The notes under the pieces: generated by a model
Databases searched by the model: none
Seen by the model: only the letters and a program-made list of their open reading frames with translations
What the model was told of the DNA's origin: nothing
Part shown: positions 1 to 14,038 of the stretch, in pieces
Layout of the letters: every line of letters starts with the position of its first letter
Numbering within the stretch: position 1 is the first letter of the stretch
Made by a program: the position numbers and the translations under genes
NCBI GenBank assembly: GCA_003344405.1
Contig: NOWV01000239.1
Span: forward strand, 1-64,000
Length of the DNA: 64,000 nt
Origin: Trichoplax sp. H2
Lineage: Eukaryota
Direction: 5' to 3'

Positions 1-1353
1 AAGTTTATGGATACCAAGTCATCAAGCTTCAAGGGGGAAATAATTTGTCCTCAATTCTTCAGTACAAATATCGGCTGAAGCGCTATTAAAAGCTTATTGA
101 AATAATATATGATAAATACGGCGAATCATATACTAGTAACGGAAGTCTATGTAATTACATAAGTTCATCAAAGTAAATAATTGTACGCCAAAAATATAGC
201 ACTACGATAGTTCGAAGTGCCATGGAATTTACCGGTATGCGATACTGAGAAATAACTTTCATCTAAAATACGCATTATCTGTGATTTTGATAAAGAAATA
301 TGCAAAATTTTACTATAATTGTGCTTTAAAACTATACGATTGGAATAAAGCACTTTACTTTAATTTGGCATATGTTTCAATTTCTTTTCTATTTATAAAA
401 TTCTAAACTACCAAACTATCCAGCTATGAATACAACCTTTTGTGCCTTTTATCCGACAGAAAAGTTGAAATTAACTATTATTACATCTGATATACAATAA
501 TTAAAGATAGGTATTAACGATACCTCATAAATTGAAAGATGATAAAGATTTTTCTAAGATGGGTAAAGTGCGACAATTAATGGAAGTGGAGGATTAAGTT
601 CTGACTAAGTGGACTAGACTAGGACAAAGAACTTTCTCAAAAGTTTTTTCAAATTTCTGCTATGATCAGCTATAATTCTTTGATAAGATTATTCGATACT
701 ACTACAAACCCTAAGATCTATTTCTAAACCTATTGTAAAAAAATACATTTATAATAATTTTACTTGCAGGACTTGTTGCTTATTGAATTTCTTCTAAATC
801 AATAAACTCATTAAACAAATAAGAAAACGGTCGAACAATTTCAGCAAAGAAAATACCAGTGACACTATTTTTAAAATTAAGCATAGGTAAAAGAAGCTTA
901 TCCTTATTGTGATACTTGAGAGTCATTGAACAAATCAATATCAAATTAACCTACTTGAGAAATGAATAAGTATGAAGATAAAACTTAAAATTCATTTCGG
1001 AAGAAAAGACTTGTCAAAATATAGAGTTTTCGTAAGTCTTATTGTCCGACGATAATATCGCATTAGAGATAATGTCAAAAGAGTCAGCTACAAATAACGG
1101 TGCTACATGAATTGTGTCACTTCGCTATACTTTAGCCTATACTATGCCGTGTGATAAAATCAATCACCAAATTTTAAACTCTGCTGAAAATTAGAACTTC
1201 ATTAGATCTTTGTGTAAAGATAATAAGCATACAACTCTAGTCTAGCTGGATACAACCATTAGAAGGATTTTAGAAGGAACTACTGAATAGGTTAAAGTTT
1301 CCTGCTTATGCTGGTATGGGGACAATTTTAATAGCCATTTACAGCTATATAGC

Positions 1354-1862
1354 TGTTACGGTGTTGCCTTGTCATTAGAATAGTTTAATAAGTACAGCGG
1401 TAGCTAGTATGGAGAATATCCATATTTGTACCGTTAAAGATAAGTAATGATTTAACGTGGATGTTGTTTGTAATAGTTCATTACATATTTGATATTGATT
1501 GTTATTGTGTGATAGATAGCAGTAAGATGATTCAAGTTCTGGTTGATGATAGTTGAAGTAGACAACCTAAGAGCTTAGATTAAGATTAAGTATGAGTAAG
1601 AGATTCAAAATATTTACTAATAGAAAAGCTATGTAAGGAACATCTCAGTTCAAGATGTTTCTCCTAGTAAGGTATAATAATAATACTGTTGTTGTTTGCA
1701 AATTAGGCGGTTCCTATATAAACGGGAATATTTGAGTTGAGTGGTGCTGTATAAAGTTGTAGATTTGTGTTTAACGTTAAGTAAAAGGACCTTTAATATA
1801 GTCAGCAGCTACTTATAGACTTTTACTGTACGTTACCTTGTCGTAGAAGTGAAATTGTGACA
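1354..1862 (+). mobile_element. Solo-LTR-like element, 509 bp
   Basis: TGTTAC...GTGACA ends, perfect 5-bp TSD ATAGC, TATATAAA at ~1716, AGTAAA at ~1780. Confidence 0.8.
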
Positions 1863-4285
1863 ATAGCATAATTATCGTTCTAATTTATTTTAAAATTATT
1901 CACATTACAGAGAGCAACATGCACTACGATCGATCACCTATTATCCAAGTATAGAAACTTTTGTTAATATGAGCAGCTAAACATGCCTTTTGATAGCAAA
2001 TATAGAAAGCTGCGCCACCATGCATCATACTAGGCATGGTTAGTAATCTACATTCGAATACATAGTTATATTACGTGTAGGCTTGGTACTTCTTGTACTA
2101 TAAAACACAAGCTCTGTAAGCGCTTCCATTGGTGCTAGCCCACAATGAAGTATAGAAGTCTTAAATATAAAATAATTTTATTTAAAGAATCAATTAATTG
2201 ATTAATTAATTTTTAACCAGTCATAGTATTACGGAATAATATAATAAAAGAACCTATCGACTAGAAACTTTTCCTTGATATTTAGTAAAACTACTTTACC
2301 CTAATAATTAGCGACATTAAAGTCAATAGCATAGCTTTATAAGATGCAAAGAGAAGTGCTAAGTTAAATAAAGAATTAAAAAATTGCTAATAAGAAGAGT
2401 AATATGCTTTATTATTGTACTATTCTTTATTCCGACCAATCTACAAGGACTTACTTAATGCTATGCGGCCAAGACTATTTTATCCTTAAGTAATAACGAT
2501 ACTATTTTAATCACTTCCAATAATTTTTTATACTAATACACAATGAAGGATGCACCTACAATCTACTTAATAGAAGAGTTACACGATAATTTACAGTAGT
2601 ATATAATACATTACTATCTATTACTACTTTTCAATTCTTTCCTTATCTATTCGGATCCTTGAATTGGGAACCTGTTTCTTTTCTACCTCTAGATAATCCA
2701 TGACTTTTTCGTAAACGAATTGTGAATAATTCCTAGTCTTTGCCTTGTAACAAGGCTGACTAAATCCTATCTATATCACTCATGAAACACACAATAAAGT
2801 TGGACAAATTGAGTTCGAAATAACAGTCGGCTCATAACAGCACATAAAACTTAAGGTTTATTGAAGCTAGTCTAAAATTTAGTGTTCAGAACGACTCTTT
2901 GCAATCTTATATTTTACTTTTACACTCTTTTTTTCTATTTAATATACTTAGCTTACGCATTAAATTCCTTATATTGACAGTTTATTACTGTCTTATTAAT
3001 TATTTAATCAAACCCTGTTTTTCCTATCATCTCAAAAATTTACTAGCTAAATTTTCTATTTTCAAAATTGATTTAGTGCTATCTATATGAGGCTATTTAC
3101 TATACCTGAGCTGTTATTAGAGATTTATAGAGAAAAGTTCATTTAAGGCAATTAAAGGCTCTTACGGTGTAACCATTAGTTGAAAAGTAGGATTAATTAT
3201 TTCCTAAGATGTGGCTTAACTGAAATCATTGCCAAAATGTGTCGGTTCATACATTATCCACGGATTAAGTAACGCAATATTTACTATAAATTGCTAAGGA
3301 TCGCCTGATATACATCGTTCTATTTCTATCAAATTAGAATGGGTGTCCAAATCATTTATTACTGAACTTCATGTACTATGCCAATTTTTCCATTATAACA
3401 ATTCTTTTGGGTATAGGTGGAGAATTTTATTTTTACTTCGTAAAACTTACAGTGAGAATCTTACAATCGAAAGTATAATTCTTGAGTTTTGCCATTCTAT
3501 TATAGGGAATAATACTATAAGGAAATAAGATTATCTGATACAAGCGTCAATGTAATTAGGTATGCCACGCAACTCTAACTGGTGTGTTAGTAAGATTATC
3601 AACTTTCTTTCAAAATATCATGATGTTAAGAATTGAGTGAATCCAATCCTTGATCGAACAAAATGCTAAATATAATGTAACCGTTATGATTGTTATAGTA
3701 ACCGTATTACACGCTAAAAGTGTAGGAATATAATTGTATTTGCATTACCAACTTACTGTAACGTTAGGCTTATTAGTTTGTTGAACAACAGATGAGATAC
3801 AGTCGTGATAAATCGTAAGTGCTTAACTTACAAGTTAAGAATAAGTGGAAAATTAGAAGTATTGGGATCGAGAATCGGTAATCTTAGATAAAGGCATTTT
3901 GTATTAATATATTTATATGCGTTTAAATGAAGCTTAGTATTTAGTATTCTCCTTATAAAGTATTTCTTTTTATTTGGTAGATTTAAAGATGAATCATAAT
4001 GTAATTTAAGATTTTAATATAATAGCTCGTAAATAATATCTAAATTACTTTAGATGGTATTGGATAGATTGTGTCAACCAGTATAATGTTATACTTATTT
4101 GCAGCACTCACTGATTACTGTTAATGGCTTGATAGATAAAAAATAATAAATAAATAAATCGGTCTTATCCTCTAACCTCCATCTTGTTTCAAAGTGTCCC
4201 AATCGTAGTGCAATTTAGTATTAACAAAGCTAAAATATTATAGTGTTTCTCGTAGCAGCATAGCCGGAGTACCTTAAAAATTCCT

Positions 4286-4853
4286 TGTCACGATACGAAC
4301 GACTGTGTAGAGTAAATGACTAAATTTAGTGCTAAATGTTTATATATGGAGATAACTATTAATGACTTACAGTAAGAACAACGGTAGTTATTATTTTGTT
4401 ACAATAAATTATGCTTTACTTTAGTGAGAGTGCGTTTACGGTAAGTAATGTTAATTGGTTAGCGTGCTATATCTTGTAATGCTTATGATGAATATCCTGA
4501 AGATATCCAATCATTGATGACACCACAAATAATTCTGTACAAGGACATACTGTAGTCTAATTATCTAAAATCGTTCAGTACATGTCTAAGATTATGGATA
4601 TCTTCTGTACTAATTTAGCCATCCAATATGAAGTAAATTTCATGAACTGCTATTACTTGTACATAATAGCTGCTGCCGAAATATATTTAAGCTCGACAGA
4701 TAGCTAAATAAAATGAGAATTCTATAGTTGTTTAACTTAGAAGCAAAGGCGTCTAAATTCTTGTTAGATAGTTAAGGGATACTGAATCCCGGAGACTATA
4801 GTAATATAGAGATTTGTTTTACGTTATCTTTGTCACAAAGCTAGTTTGTGACA
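4286..4853 (+). mobile_element. Solo-LTR-like element, family A (long subtype)
   Basis: TGTCAC...GTGACA, TSD TTCCT; homologous to 54811-55374. Confidence 0.85.
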
Positions 4854-6548
4854 TTCCTCTAATAGTCAGGATATATTATTACAAAAGTGTAACAACTGCT
4901 TAAAGAAATGTATAAATAAACTTGAGTAAACTGTTCGGAATTTCATTGGCTAAAAGCTATCTTACATCGAAGCAAATATCATTTTGCTTATATAGGCCTC
5001 TGTAAAGATATCTTGGATAGTTTTAATGATTTCGAAATTAGTTACTACTTAAGCTACTTTTATCGTTGCTATAATCTTAATTTGCGTAGGCTTATTGTAT
5101 GTAGAACAACTGGAATCTGCTTAATACACACAAGCACATTTATTGCTCGCTTTTAATTGCCATGATATCATTATAAGCGAAAACGCTGTTTAAATACACA
5201 AAAGAAGCTCTTAAAAATGAAAAGGTTTTCACAGATTCTAAAATATTGCTGTAAGAACAATGGATTCGTAATCCAATAAAATATATTTTCTTGGTTCCTG
5301 ATTGAATTGTAAGGTGAACTTACTATAGTAGTCGAGCAATTTAAACAAATTATGTGCATGAACGTCCGATTCTGCTCAAGGCAATGTTTAACCTTACTGA
5401 ATCTTTTTAAAATGCATAAGCTAAATTAGGCAATTATTAGGAATTAAAAGACGGAATGCAGTACTATTATTTATGGCTTTCATGCTGTGTTTTGAAAATT
5501 TACTGCTGCTACTTAATAGGCTGTATATTGACCATGTTTGCCCCATACCAGAAAAATATTCCCTGATATAACTATGGAAGGATAGTTTTACTTTATGTAC
5601 ACCAAGAGTTTCTGACAATGCTATAAAAAGCTGGTGCCTGAAGACCACTTTTTAGTTAGGTAGTCGGTTTATTAGTCAACTAGTTTGTCAATTGCTATTG
5701 AATTGTCAAGGCTATAATCTTGGTTGCCAAGATTTCTTCATTAATAAATAGTAGTAAATCTCTGGCTACCTCGTCTATACTATCAGTGACGCTATAATTA
5801 TGCTATAGTATTGTGTCGTTGGAACTCAATTATTAAGTGATATAGCGCATCTCGCCTCTTTAAGTCAGTAAGAGGCGTTCTTCGTAAGCATTGACATGTG
5901 TCGAATACTTTGTCAATATTGGTATGTGACAGGTATGCATAGCTTTAAATTCCTTACTGTATTTTCAATTTGATTGGCTAATACTCTTCAACATTGATGG
6001 GAGAGTAGCGATTTTATAATGGTGGGCGATGTACTTATACAAGTTTGCAAACAGTCGCACCTTACTTTACACTAATCTATTGTTTGGCTTAATTCAAAGT
6101 CATAAATGTACCATTTCTTCTATTGAATTCTTTTATAACTCAAATAAAATATTCTATAAGTTCTGAGCTAATAATTTCACCAATTACGTTAAGCTTAGAG
6201 TCCAGGATCAAAGAAACCGTAATAATCCTTCAGATGAAAATCATTAAAAATTTGACTTTATTTGCCTACTTATGACCTGCGTCCTGATTGGTCGTTCCTA
6301 TGACGAATGATTGTGCGAACATAAAATATTGATCAAAGAGGTTCTGCCTTGCCAATTTATAAATAGCCAAACTCATCCGTATGATATATTAATTTAAGCT
6401 ATTGCTATCGTTTGTTGAGTCAAAAGCAAAATTTAAGATACAAAACTATAGTTAATACACAGTAAAATCGTTTATATCACCATAGCAGTAGATCTGACTT
6501 CAAAATAAAAATTTTATAAATTGTATTCCATAATCAGAAATTTCATAA

Positions 6549-9500
6549 ATGAAACTAAAGGAATATAGTCAAACAGTACTTATAGGGCTCTTGTTATTAA
6601 CTTTCGGCAACGGCTATGAATATTATAGTTGTCCGGACAAATGCCAATGCCAAGATGGTGCAGTTCATTGTAGTTTGCTAGAAGATTCAATATTGGAAGT
6701 CCCGAAAGATACTCGTCAAATGTAAGTGATTTTGTCATTTACATCGTAGTTTTAGATCTAGTGTACGTGTTTGCTGATCATTTATTAGCGACGTAATGGA
6801 CTTCCAGGTTAATTTTTGGCTTGAGATAGACGTAGTTATAGCAAGCATTTAGCGATTTTATCGACACGTTTATTTTGCTAAAATCAGATCAAAAATATTT
6901 CGTACGTCTATTATTGCCGATACGTTCGTAGTATAATTGTAAATCGATCAAAGCATCTTCCAAGTCTATATTAATACGATTCTTTCCTCTAACTGTAAAG
7001 TATCTTTAAGAAATTAGTTTTTCAGAGTTATGCTTTTCTTTTACGTAGATTAAATGAAAATAGTTTAAGTAGCATGCTAAATTCTAAGAGTATGTTAGCA
7101 TCTATTCTTTTGATGATATTTACGCTATGCAATGTATTCTTTTCGCGACCATAAATATATTAGGACCATTAGATATTAACAGATTGAGATAAGTTACTTT
7201 TTGTTATGAAGTATCTACTGTGAAGCTATAACTAGAAAAGATTATTAAAGTTAGAGAATCACCAATACTGATTGCTCATAGCATTGATAGATAAACAAAA
7301 TTTATTTAATAAAGTAAAGTGATGCAAAAATTATTAGTTCCTGTTGTAATATTTTATAATATAATTTGTCACTTTTTGTAAATCGCCTATAAAAGATAAA
7401 ACAATCTATTGCGCTTGCCTAATTGAGAAATAATTCTTGATTTATTGCTTTACTCGAGCATTCCTTCAGATTAATTACTAAAATTCATCTTTCTTGATTA
7501 GTATTTTAGAAGAAAGTGTGGATTGTAGCCAAATCGCGGTTAGTAAATTGTTACGCCTTGCTGAAGACTTAGATATCAATTTGATTGGAAAGTGCAAATC
7601 ACCGAAAGAATATGCTGGATATTCGCTTAAAGATCTTATGGAATTAAAACTATCTAGAGCTCAAGGTGATAGTTCAGGAAATAACCAATAATTATGTATC
7701 ACTCAGCCAAATTTTGTCAGAATAACGTCATCGTCAGCTAATTATGATAGACCTATGCCCTTATAGCATTTATCCTTCTAGTATGAATATTTTATAATAA
7801 ATTATTCAATCAATTCTTGAATATAATTTGATATTTAAAAAATATTTAGAATAATTCGTAATATACGAGTATAACTGTATAGAGCGTTTCCAGTCAATGC
7901 TAGCCAAAACGGCTTATTATGTGCTAACATGAAGAACATAAAAAAGATACTTAAAGTCCGGAACTATGATTTTAATTTAATTTTAATCTTAAATTCTGCG
8001 ATCGTGAGGGACTAATCATTTAATATCATCTTTTCATGTTTTGCATGCAATACACTTTTACTCACATTTCTTAAATGGTCTATTCTATCAGTAAATATGC
8101 AGATCATTATGACTTCAAAAGATTTGTATAAGAAAGACTGCAATAAGTTTTTAAATTTTTATGCTTCTGTCAAGTGAAATTTAAGACAAGATTATAAATT
8201 AATTCTAATTGCTATTTTTCTTCTAGCAGAGAATGAATTCGCTCGGAAGCCCAGGATAAAAAGAAGTGGTTTTAATATTTCGTCGGTTTACAACTTCCAA
8301 GGTATGTATTCTTTGCAAGGGATAAAGTAAGACTTAGTTTTACGATTGATTGCATTCGTATAAAGTTGATTATGAATCGTAGACTAACTTCTAATAATAA
8401 AGTATATGTAGCAATTTCGATGCTGCCTTTCACAAATTCGAATACTTTGATAACTGTCACATTAATTTGAAATTTCTTATTTCTTATTTTTAAAATTATT
8501 CTTATATGCTCGATATGTGTACATTTGACCTTGTGAACTGTGAAAAAATCCAGTAAAACCTACTTTTGGCGCAGACTGTAACTTTACACTAGATGATTGT
8601 GGATGGAAACAAGTGGCAGGTATCGATTTCGCCGACTGGAAGCATGGTAAATATTCTAAACGAAATTAATAAATCCCGTAGATCTGAAATCTTTTAATAC
8701 TGCATGTAGATTTACGTTCAAGTATGCATGCTTCGATTATGGATTTCTAATTTTCTTCAGATGGTTAACTTGATTAGTATTGAGAAAGTTTTGCTTATTT
8801 TACTTTGCAACTTTTTTTAAAACTAAACTATGGTCTAATTTTATTCATGTGGTACGGCTTTTGTAATGCCTTACCATAGTTAAGAATGTTGGCTTAACAT
8901 TAACAAAAAACCCACCAAACATGCCGCTAGCGAGTTTGCTTACATAGTAAGCCCACCATTGAGAGTCTCTCCTGGCGCTACAAATAATGTGGTTAGTTTT
9001 ATACACAAGTATTTTATTCTAAAGTTAAAAAAAAAATGAATACACCGAAAGATGCAAATACGCTTTATAAAAATATCGTAATTGCAGTATTTTACAAGAT
9101 CTCAGGCCTACGTTAGCAGAACAAGTACCAGAGGCGCTACATAATAAGGAACTTTAGATTTCCAAATAATGCATTAAGCTTTATAATAAACGATAAATAA
9201 TGCAATATATTAATTATTGATGCTAGCTTAAGCTAACAGGGAAGGCGGATGGTGTCCGGATGGGATTTCTTGATGTTCTTCTGATTTATCCAAAGTATAA
9301 CAATAAAATCGACTTCAAGGAACGAATGTATCTTCCAGGAAGTTCCTCATCAGCGGGCAAACCGAAAACCATCTTTAGCTATTCAGTTAACCCTGCTTAT
9401 CCGGAATATAATGTAAGCAATAATTTGATTTGTAATACGTCTAATTAGAGAGTCTTATTGTAGTTAAATATTCCTTGGCAGTTGTGAGACTAACATAATC

Positions 9501-12500
9501 TCATGTAATAAAGTCAAGTTTACAAGAAACTATAGTTCTTGTTTTACCTTTAAGAAGAGACTTTATCTGTGAAATCAAACCTTATTAAGCTATATGCGGT
9601 ACTTATTCAAAGTCAGTTGTTGATTGAATGTAATATAGTTGCAGTTGCAATTGGAATTGAGTAAAGTAAAGTTACGGTCGTCGATCAAAACCAGTCTTAA
9701 TTAAAGTATCAGTAGTGATGTTGGTGTTAGAAAGGTATCGTAATTAGAATTTAAAGCAAGTAGTGAGGCAAATGTATTGCGATGGAGAAAATTAGAGTAA
9801 AGATTTTTTACATTGTCATAATAAGTTACGGCTTCGGTCTTGACAATCCCCCGTAAAAAATATTACTTTAATTACTTTGTTTGCTGAAAGGTAATGATCC
9901 TTGGAAATCCTGGAAATCTATTCCCACCAGGAGATAGGACTATTACCCTAATTGACTTTAAAATATGGCCAGCAGGTAATAATTATATGTATTTATTAAT
10001 ATCGACAGAGAATTAGGGTCTGCAGTCTTACATAAATACTATGTCATCGGCTTAGTTATAGTTACTAAAAAATTCGCCCTACAACTGACAATAATATTTC
10101 TTTACCAAGTTACTGCATCAAATCGCTTATATATTGTTGATCGCCGATTCCTATAAAGTCGCAAATGCTCTATCTACTATTAATTTAAGCTACAAATTTG
10201 ATGTATTTAGGGTTATATTACTGATTAATAAATCATAACTAAAGCAAGAACAGATTCTCATATTTTTGAATAATTGCTACGGCACATTGTATGTAGAGGA
10301 AACCTGTATTACATCCGACGGTGATGACTATCGTGGATATGTATCAGTTACAGAAACTGGCAAAAACTGTATCTCTTGGTCAAAGGCACCTCCTCCATTT
10401 ACAAGTTCAAACTACCAAGGATACGATTTACGGATCAACTGGTGTCGAAACCCTGGTGCCAGTCGGGCTAAACCGTGGTGTTATATATCCGATACTACAT
10501 TTGAATGGGAATACTGCAATATAACAACTTGCGGTCCAACTAATATTACGTCAGGCAGTCTTAATCCACTAGGAGGTGAGGGAATTTAGGAAGAAATTAA
10601 AGCTGTAACCCACCGGTACTTTTACTCTTCATTTGCAATCTAATTGAGGAAGTGACCATATCGATAGGTCAAGGCTTCTATTGATTGAATATAAACTATT
10701 TTAAGTAATTATTAGAAGAACAATTTTGTTTAAATTATGCCTTTCCGCGAATGATTTTACGATGCTTCACAATAATTTCAAAATGACGGCAGTCTCTAGT
10801 ACAAGTACGTTAATTTCAATCTCTAATGATTCTTAAATATTCGTATTTAAAGCCTTAGATGAATTTCAATAAGTAATACCTACTAAATTTCTAAAAATTA
10901 AGGCCATCATATAGTAGTTTCTAGAAAAAGCCAAGAAGCAAATACAGAAATATTGTGATACTAGTTAATGGAATTCAGAGGTTTTATTATAATTTTTTTA
11001 AATATCAATGCCTACAAAGGCTTACAGGTCAAGTGTAATTACTAGCAGTAGTGTAATATGCTGAAAATATATTCAAGTAGATTAATATCAGAACATATTA
11101 ATTGATTTCAATAGAAAAAAATCCGGTAGCAATCACATCATTTCTGGACAAATTTGAATCCAATGACGTTGGTCAATTAGCTGTATACGCTAACGGCTAC
11201 TGGTTTGGAATTTGTAATTCTTCCGTTCAAGTAGCACCTAACATAATAAATCTTATGTGTCGGCAAACTAACCTAGGCTCTTATGGGAGTTACTGGAGTA
11301 AGAAGCGATAAACAATATTCCTAAATTACGAGTATAATAAGAGTTTACATGATACCAATGACTGTTAATATAACTCAACATGCGTTTTGTTAAATTTTTA
11401 CATGCACAGGCATTCCAATCGATATGTCTAATTCTCGCTGCATATCGGCACAGGCTATTTCTTGTCCTCAATCTGCAAAGTCTTTTTCTGAATGTACCGT
11501 ATCTGCAAATCTTGCATCAGCTTCTTCTGCACAGAATGTTTGGGTATCATGTTATCCAGAGCCTTCTCTCAATATATTAAGTAAGTTAGCCTTGGTATAC
11601 ATACAAGTATTTTAATTATAGCATTAAAAAGTTGGATATATTCTTGTAAAACAAAATTTATTTCATCATGAAATATGCATACTAAATTAGCAGTTAGGTT
11701 TTGGTGATAAATACTAAAATATAATTTTTGGTTAGATGATTACTTTGCTCACTAACCAGAATGTGCACTTTCTAAATTTTAGCTACGAATAAGTACAAGC
11801 TTAGCATCGACGTTGTAGGCAAAACTAAAAATTATATGGGTCTTGCTATGATCAGCTTTAACAATCAAGAAGGAGGAATTTGCTTACATGATTGGATTTC
11901 TAATATCAAAACTGCGTCAGTTTTCTGTAGAGAACTTGGTTACACTACTGCGGGTCTAAAATCCGGTAAATATTTAGTACTTCATAACTGCTTTATGAAA
12001 AATGTAGATACCATTATTAGCTATCACGATTGTACCTGCAATTGCGATTAATTCGTAATAACGGCGTTATTATAGTTCAGTTTTTTGATGTAACCTACCC
12101 TATGAGCTTGGTAAGTTTCATTCGTTGTATGGGATACGAGACAAAGCTTTCTCAATGCACCATAGAAACTACCAGCACTCCCAAGCCTTGTACCTACAAT
12201 GCATCTTTTTACCAGCCTAATCGAACAGCTACTGTTCAATGTGAACCCAACAAAAAACACTATAGTAAGATACTTGATCGTTTATTATTTGCTTCCATTA
12301 CAATATAAGACAATATTTAAGTGTTTTTGTCGTGAATTTGGTAGTCATTTAAGCAATACGTAATAATATAGGACATTAACAACAGGCAGGTTATTGAATA
12401 ACTATGATATGCTCTAGTAGCTATTGAGCAATTAAAAATGAATTCAATTATAATTATAGAGTATGAGATTTAGTAACATTAATTTTTATCTCAAAATAAG

Positions 12501-13826
12501 CTACAAACAATCAGCCTTCTTACTGTAAGTTTACATATGGTTATTGTGGATGGAGTTCGGGCTATGGAGTATCCTGGATTTGGAATCACTTTGACGGCAC
12601 AAATTACAAGCCGACACAAAAAGGTATTACTAATCATTTTAGATACCTATCCAAATATGAACATCTTGTCGATTATTAAATACTACAAATACAAATACAA
12701 AGATAAAGCATCCGCTCTTAAATCGCTAAGATAAATCGTTGCGTTCTAATTGTGCCTAATTCTATTGATCAGTTTATGCAGAATCAGGGTATGTTTTTGT
12801 CAAAAGGTTTCCTTACAATGAATCAAGCAGTTTTGCTACATTCACAAGTCCTGTCTTTAAAAGAAAATCGGGATCTATCTATGTACGAATAAGGAATGAA
12901 ATATTGTATATTTAAATGCAGTAGTTAAAGTTTTATTAATAGGGACATTAACCATAAGAAATGCTACATTTTTTATTCGTATAATAAGTAAGTTAGCTAT
13001 ATTTTGTTTTATAGATAACTTATGACCACTACGTAGGCGGTATATTAGGTAATAGCACGTGGAGAATGAAGTATAAGCTAGTCAACAGTAATACATGGAT
13101 TACAATAAGTGAAAGTGCTGTAAGGCTGACAAATGGTTGGGAAAGTGTAAACGCATCAGAAAATAACTTCGCCCCATCAAACGATTTTCAAGTAAGCTCT
13201 ACATATGCCTAGATCATCTTCGAATGAGATGCAACTTAAACTAATCCTATACAACTGATAAAAGGAATAGGCATTTATTGAAAAGCGATTAATTATTGAT
13301 TCTATTACAATAATCTAAGATGATAAGTGTATGATACCACATTTTGGCAAAATAATATTTAAAAGCCAGAGAATGTAGCTATGTCTCCATATTTATTTTA
13401 CTGCATTTAACAAATTATGACATTTTGCAATTAAATTATACAAAATTTCATCACTCCTTTTTTTCCGGTGAATTGATTTGATTTTTTAATGATTTGCTAT
13501 TATGTCTGTAGATCGAACTTAGTCTTAGTTGGGTAATAGGTAATGATTTGCCCTCTTCCAGCGTATTTGCACTAGATAATCTCGTCGTGCATAACGTTAT
13601 GGGTATCTTTGGTAAGATTCTAGTTATTTCCATGTATGAAAAGAAAACTTGTGGGTGATATTAATATTAGAGTAATAATTTTATTTCTTAATAATTAATA
13701 GATAAGCCTATCACTCTAACTCCTACTATGACTACTCTTGCAACTGGGAATGCTCGCAGCCAATTTCAAAATTTGTATGCATTTGTTGCTTTTCTTATCA
13801 TAGGAATTTTTAAAATTATTTCTTAA
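6549..13826 (+). CDS. Secreted/GPI-anchored mosaic protein: SP-LRRNT-LRRCT-like-(furin)-MAM-kringle-SRCR-SRCR-MAM-hydrophobic tail, ~830 aa
   Basis: Manual GT-AG exon chain with consistent phases, 2493 nt in total: 6549-6721, 7502-7665, 8227-8301, 8575-8646, 8885-8991, 9227-9412, 9891-9975, 10297-10575, 11115-11297, 11410-11580, 11783-11965, 12076-12264, 12501-12623, 12782-12882, 13015-13191, 13512-13611, 13702-13826. Starts MKLKEYSQTVLIGLLLLTFGNG, then CPDKCQCQDGAVHC (LRRNT); ends NLYAFVAFLIIGIFKIIS*. Confidence 0.85.
8575..9975 (+). other. MAM-like domain 1 (4 exons) of the mosaic protein
   Basis: DCNFTLDDCGWKQ..DW, AYIVSP, TITLIDFKI motifs; same four-exon phase pattern (1-1-0-0-1) as the second MAM domain. 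Confidence 0.6.
10297..10575 (+). other. Kringle domain exon
   Basis: CITSDGDDYRGYVSVTETGKNCISW...NWCRNPGASRAKPWCY...WEYCNITTC: six kringle cysteines; phase 1-1 exon. Confidence 0.95.
11115..12264 (+). other. Two divergent SRCR domains (2 exons each)
   Basis: GQLAVYANGYWFGIC..LMCRQTNLG..ISC..FSEC..VWVSC and GGICLHDW..ASVFCRELGY..IRCMGYETKLSQC..ATVQC. Confidence 0.8.
12501..13611 (+). other. MAM domain 2 (4 exons)
   Basis: CKFTYGYCGWSS..W, SGYVFV..ATFTSP, NGWESV..FQIEL, VFALDNLVV. Confidence 0.75.
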
Positions 13827-14038
13827 AGTAGCTAAAGCCTTACTATAACGCATAAGAAATATAATTGTAAAAAAATTACCCTAACTCAGATCAACTGCTT
13901 GTGTTCAAACCGTCGTAATAAACTATCGTTAAGTATACTCTATAGTCATTATAATATAAAGCTGATAAAAACTAATGGATTTTTGTCAGCCGCAATCAAC
14001 AATAAATGTCTACTCAATCGTTAAATTTAGTGAAGGTG

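Noticed and set aside
168..5648. Short ORFs in the ORF track (61-75 aa)
   Set aside because: Composition typical of random AT-rich ORFs; many use non-ATG starts; no domains
7049..7135. Possible LRR exon (LNENSLSSM..) in intron 1 of the mosaic gene
   Set aside because: Register is one residue off LxxLxLxxN, the rest does not fit an LRR, and there is no suitable phase-2 donor
8575..13611. Idea that one MAM domain is split by the kringle/SRCR insertion
   Set aside because: Both ends resolve into complete, separate four-exon MAM-like domains
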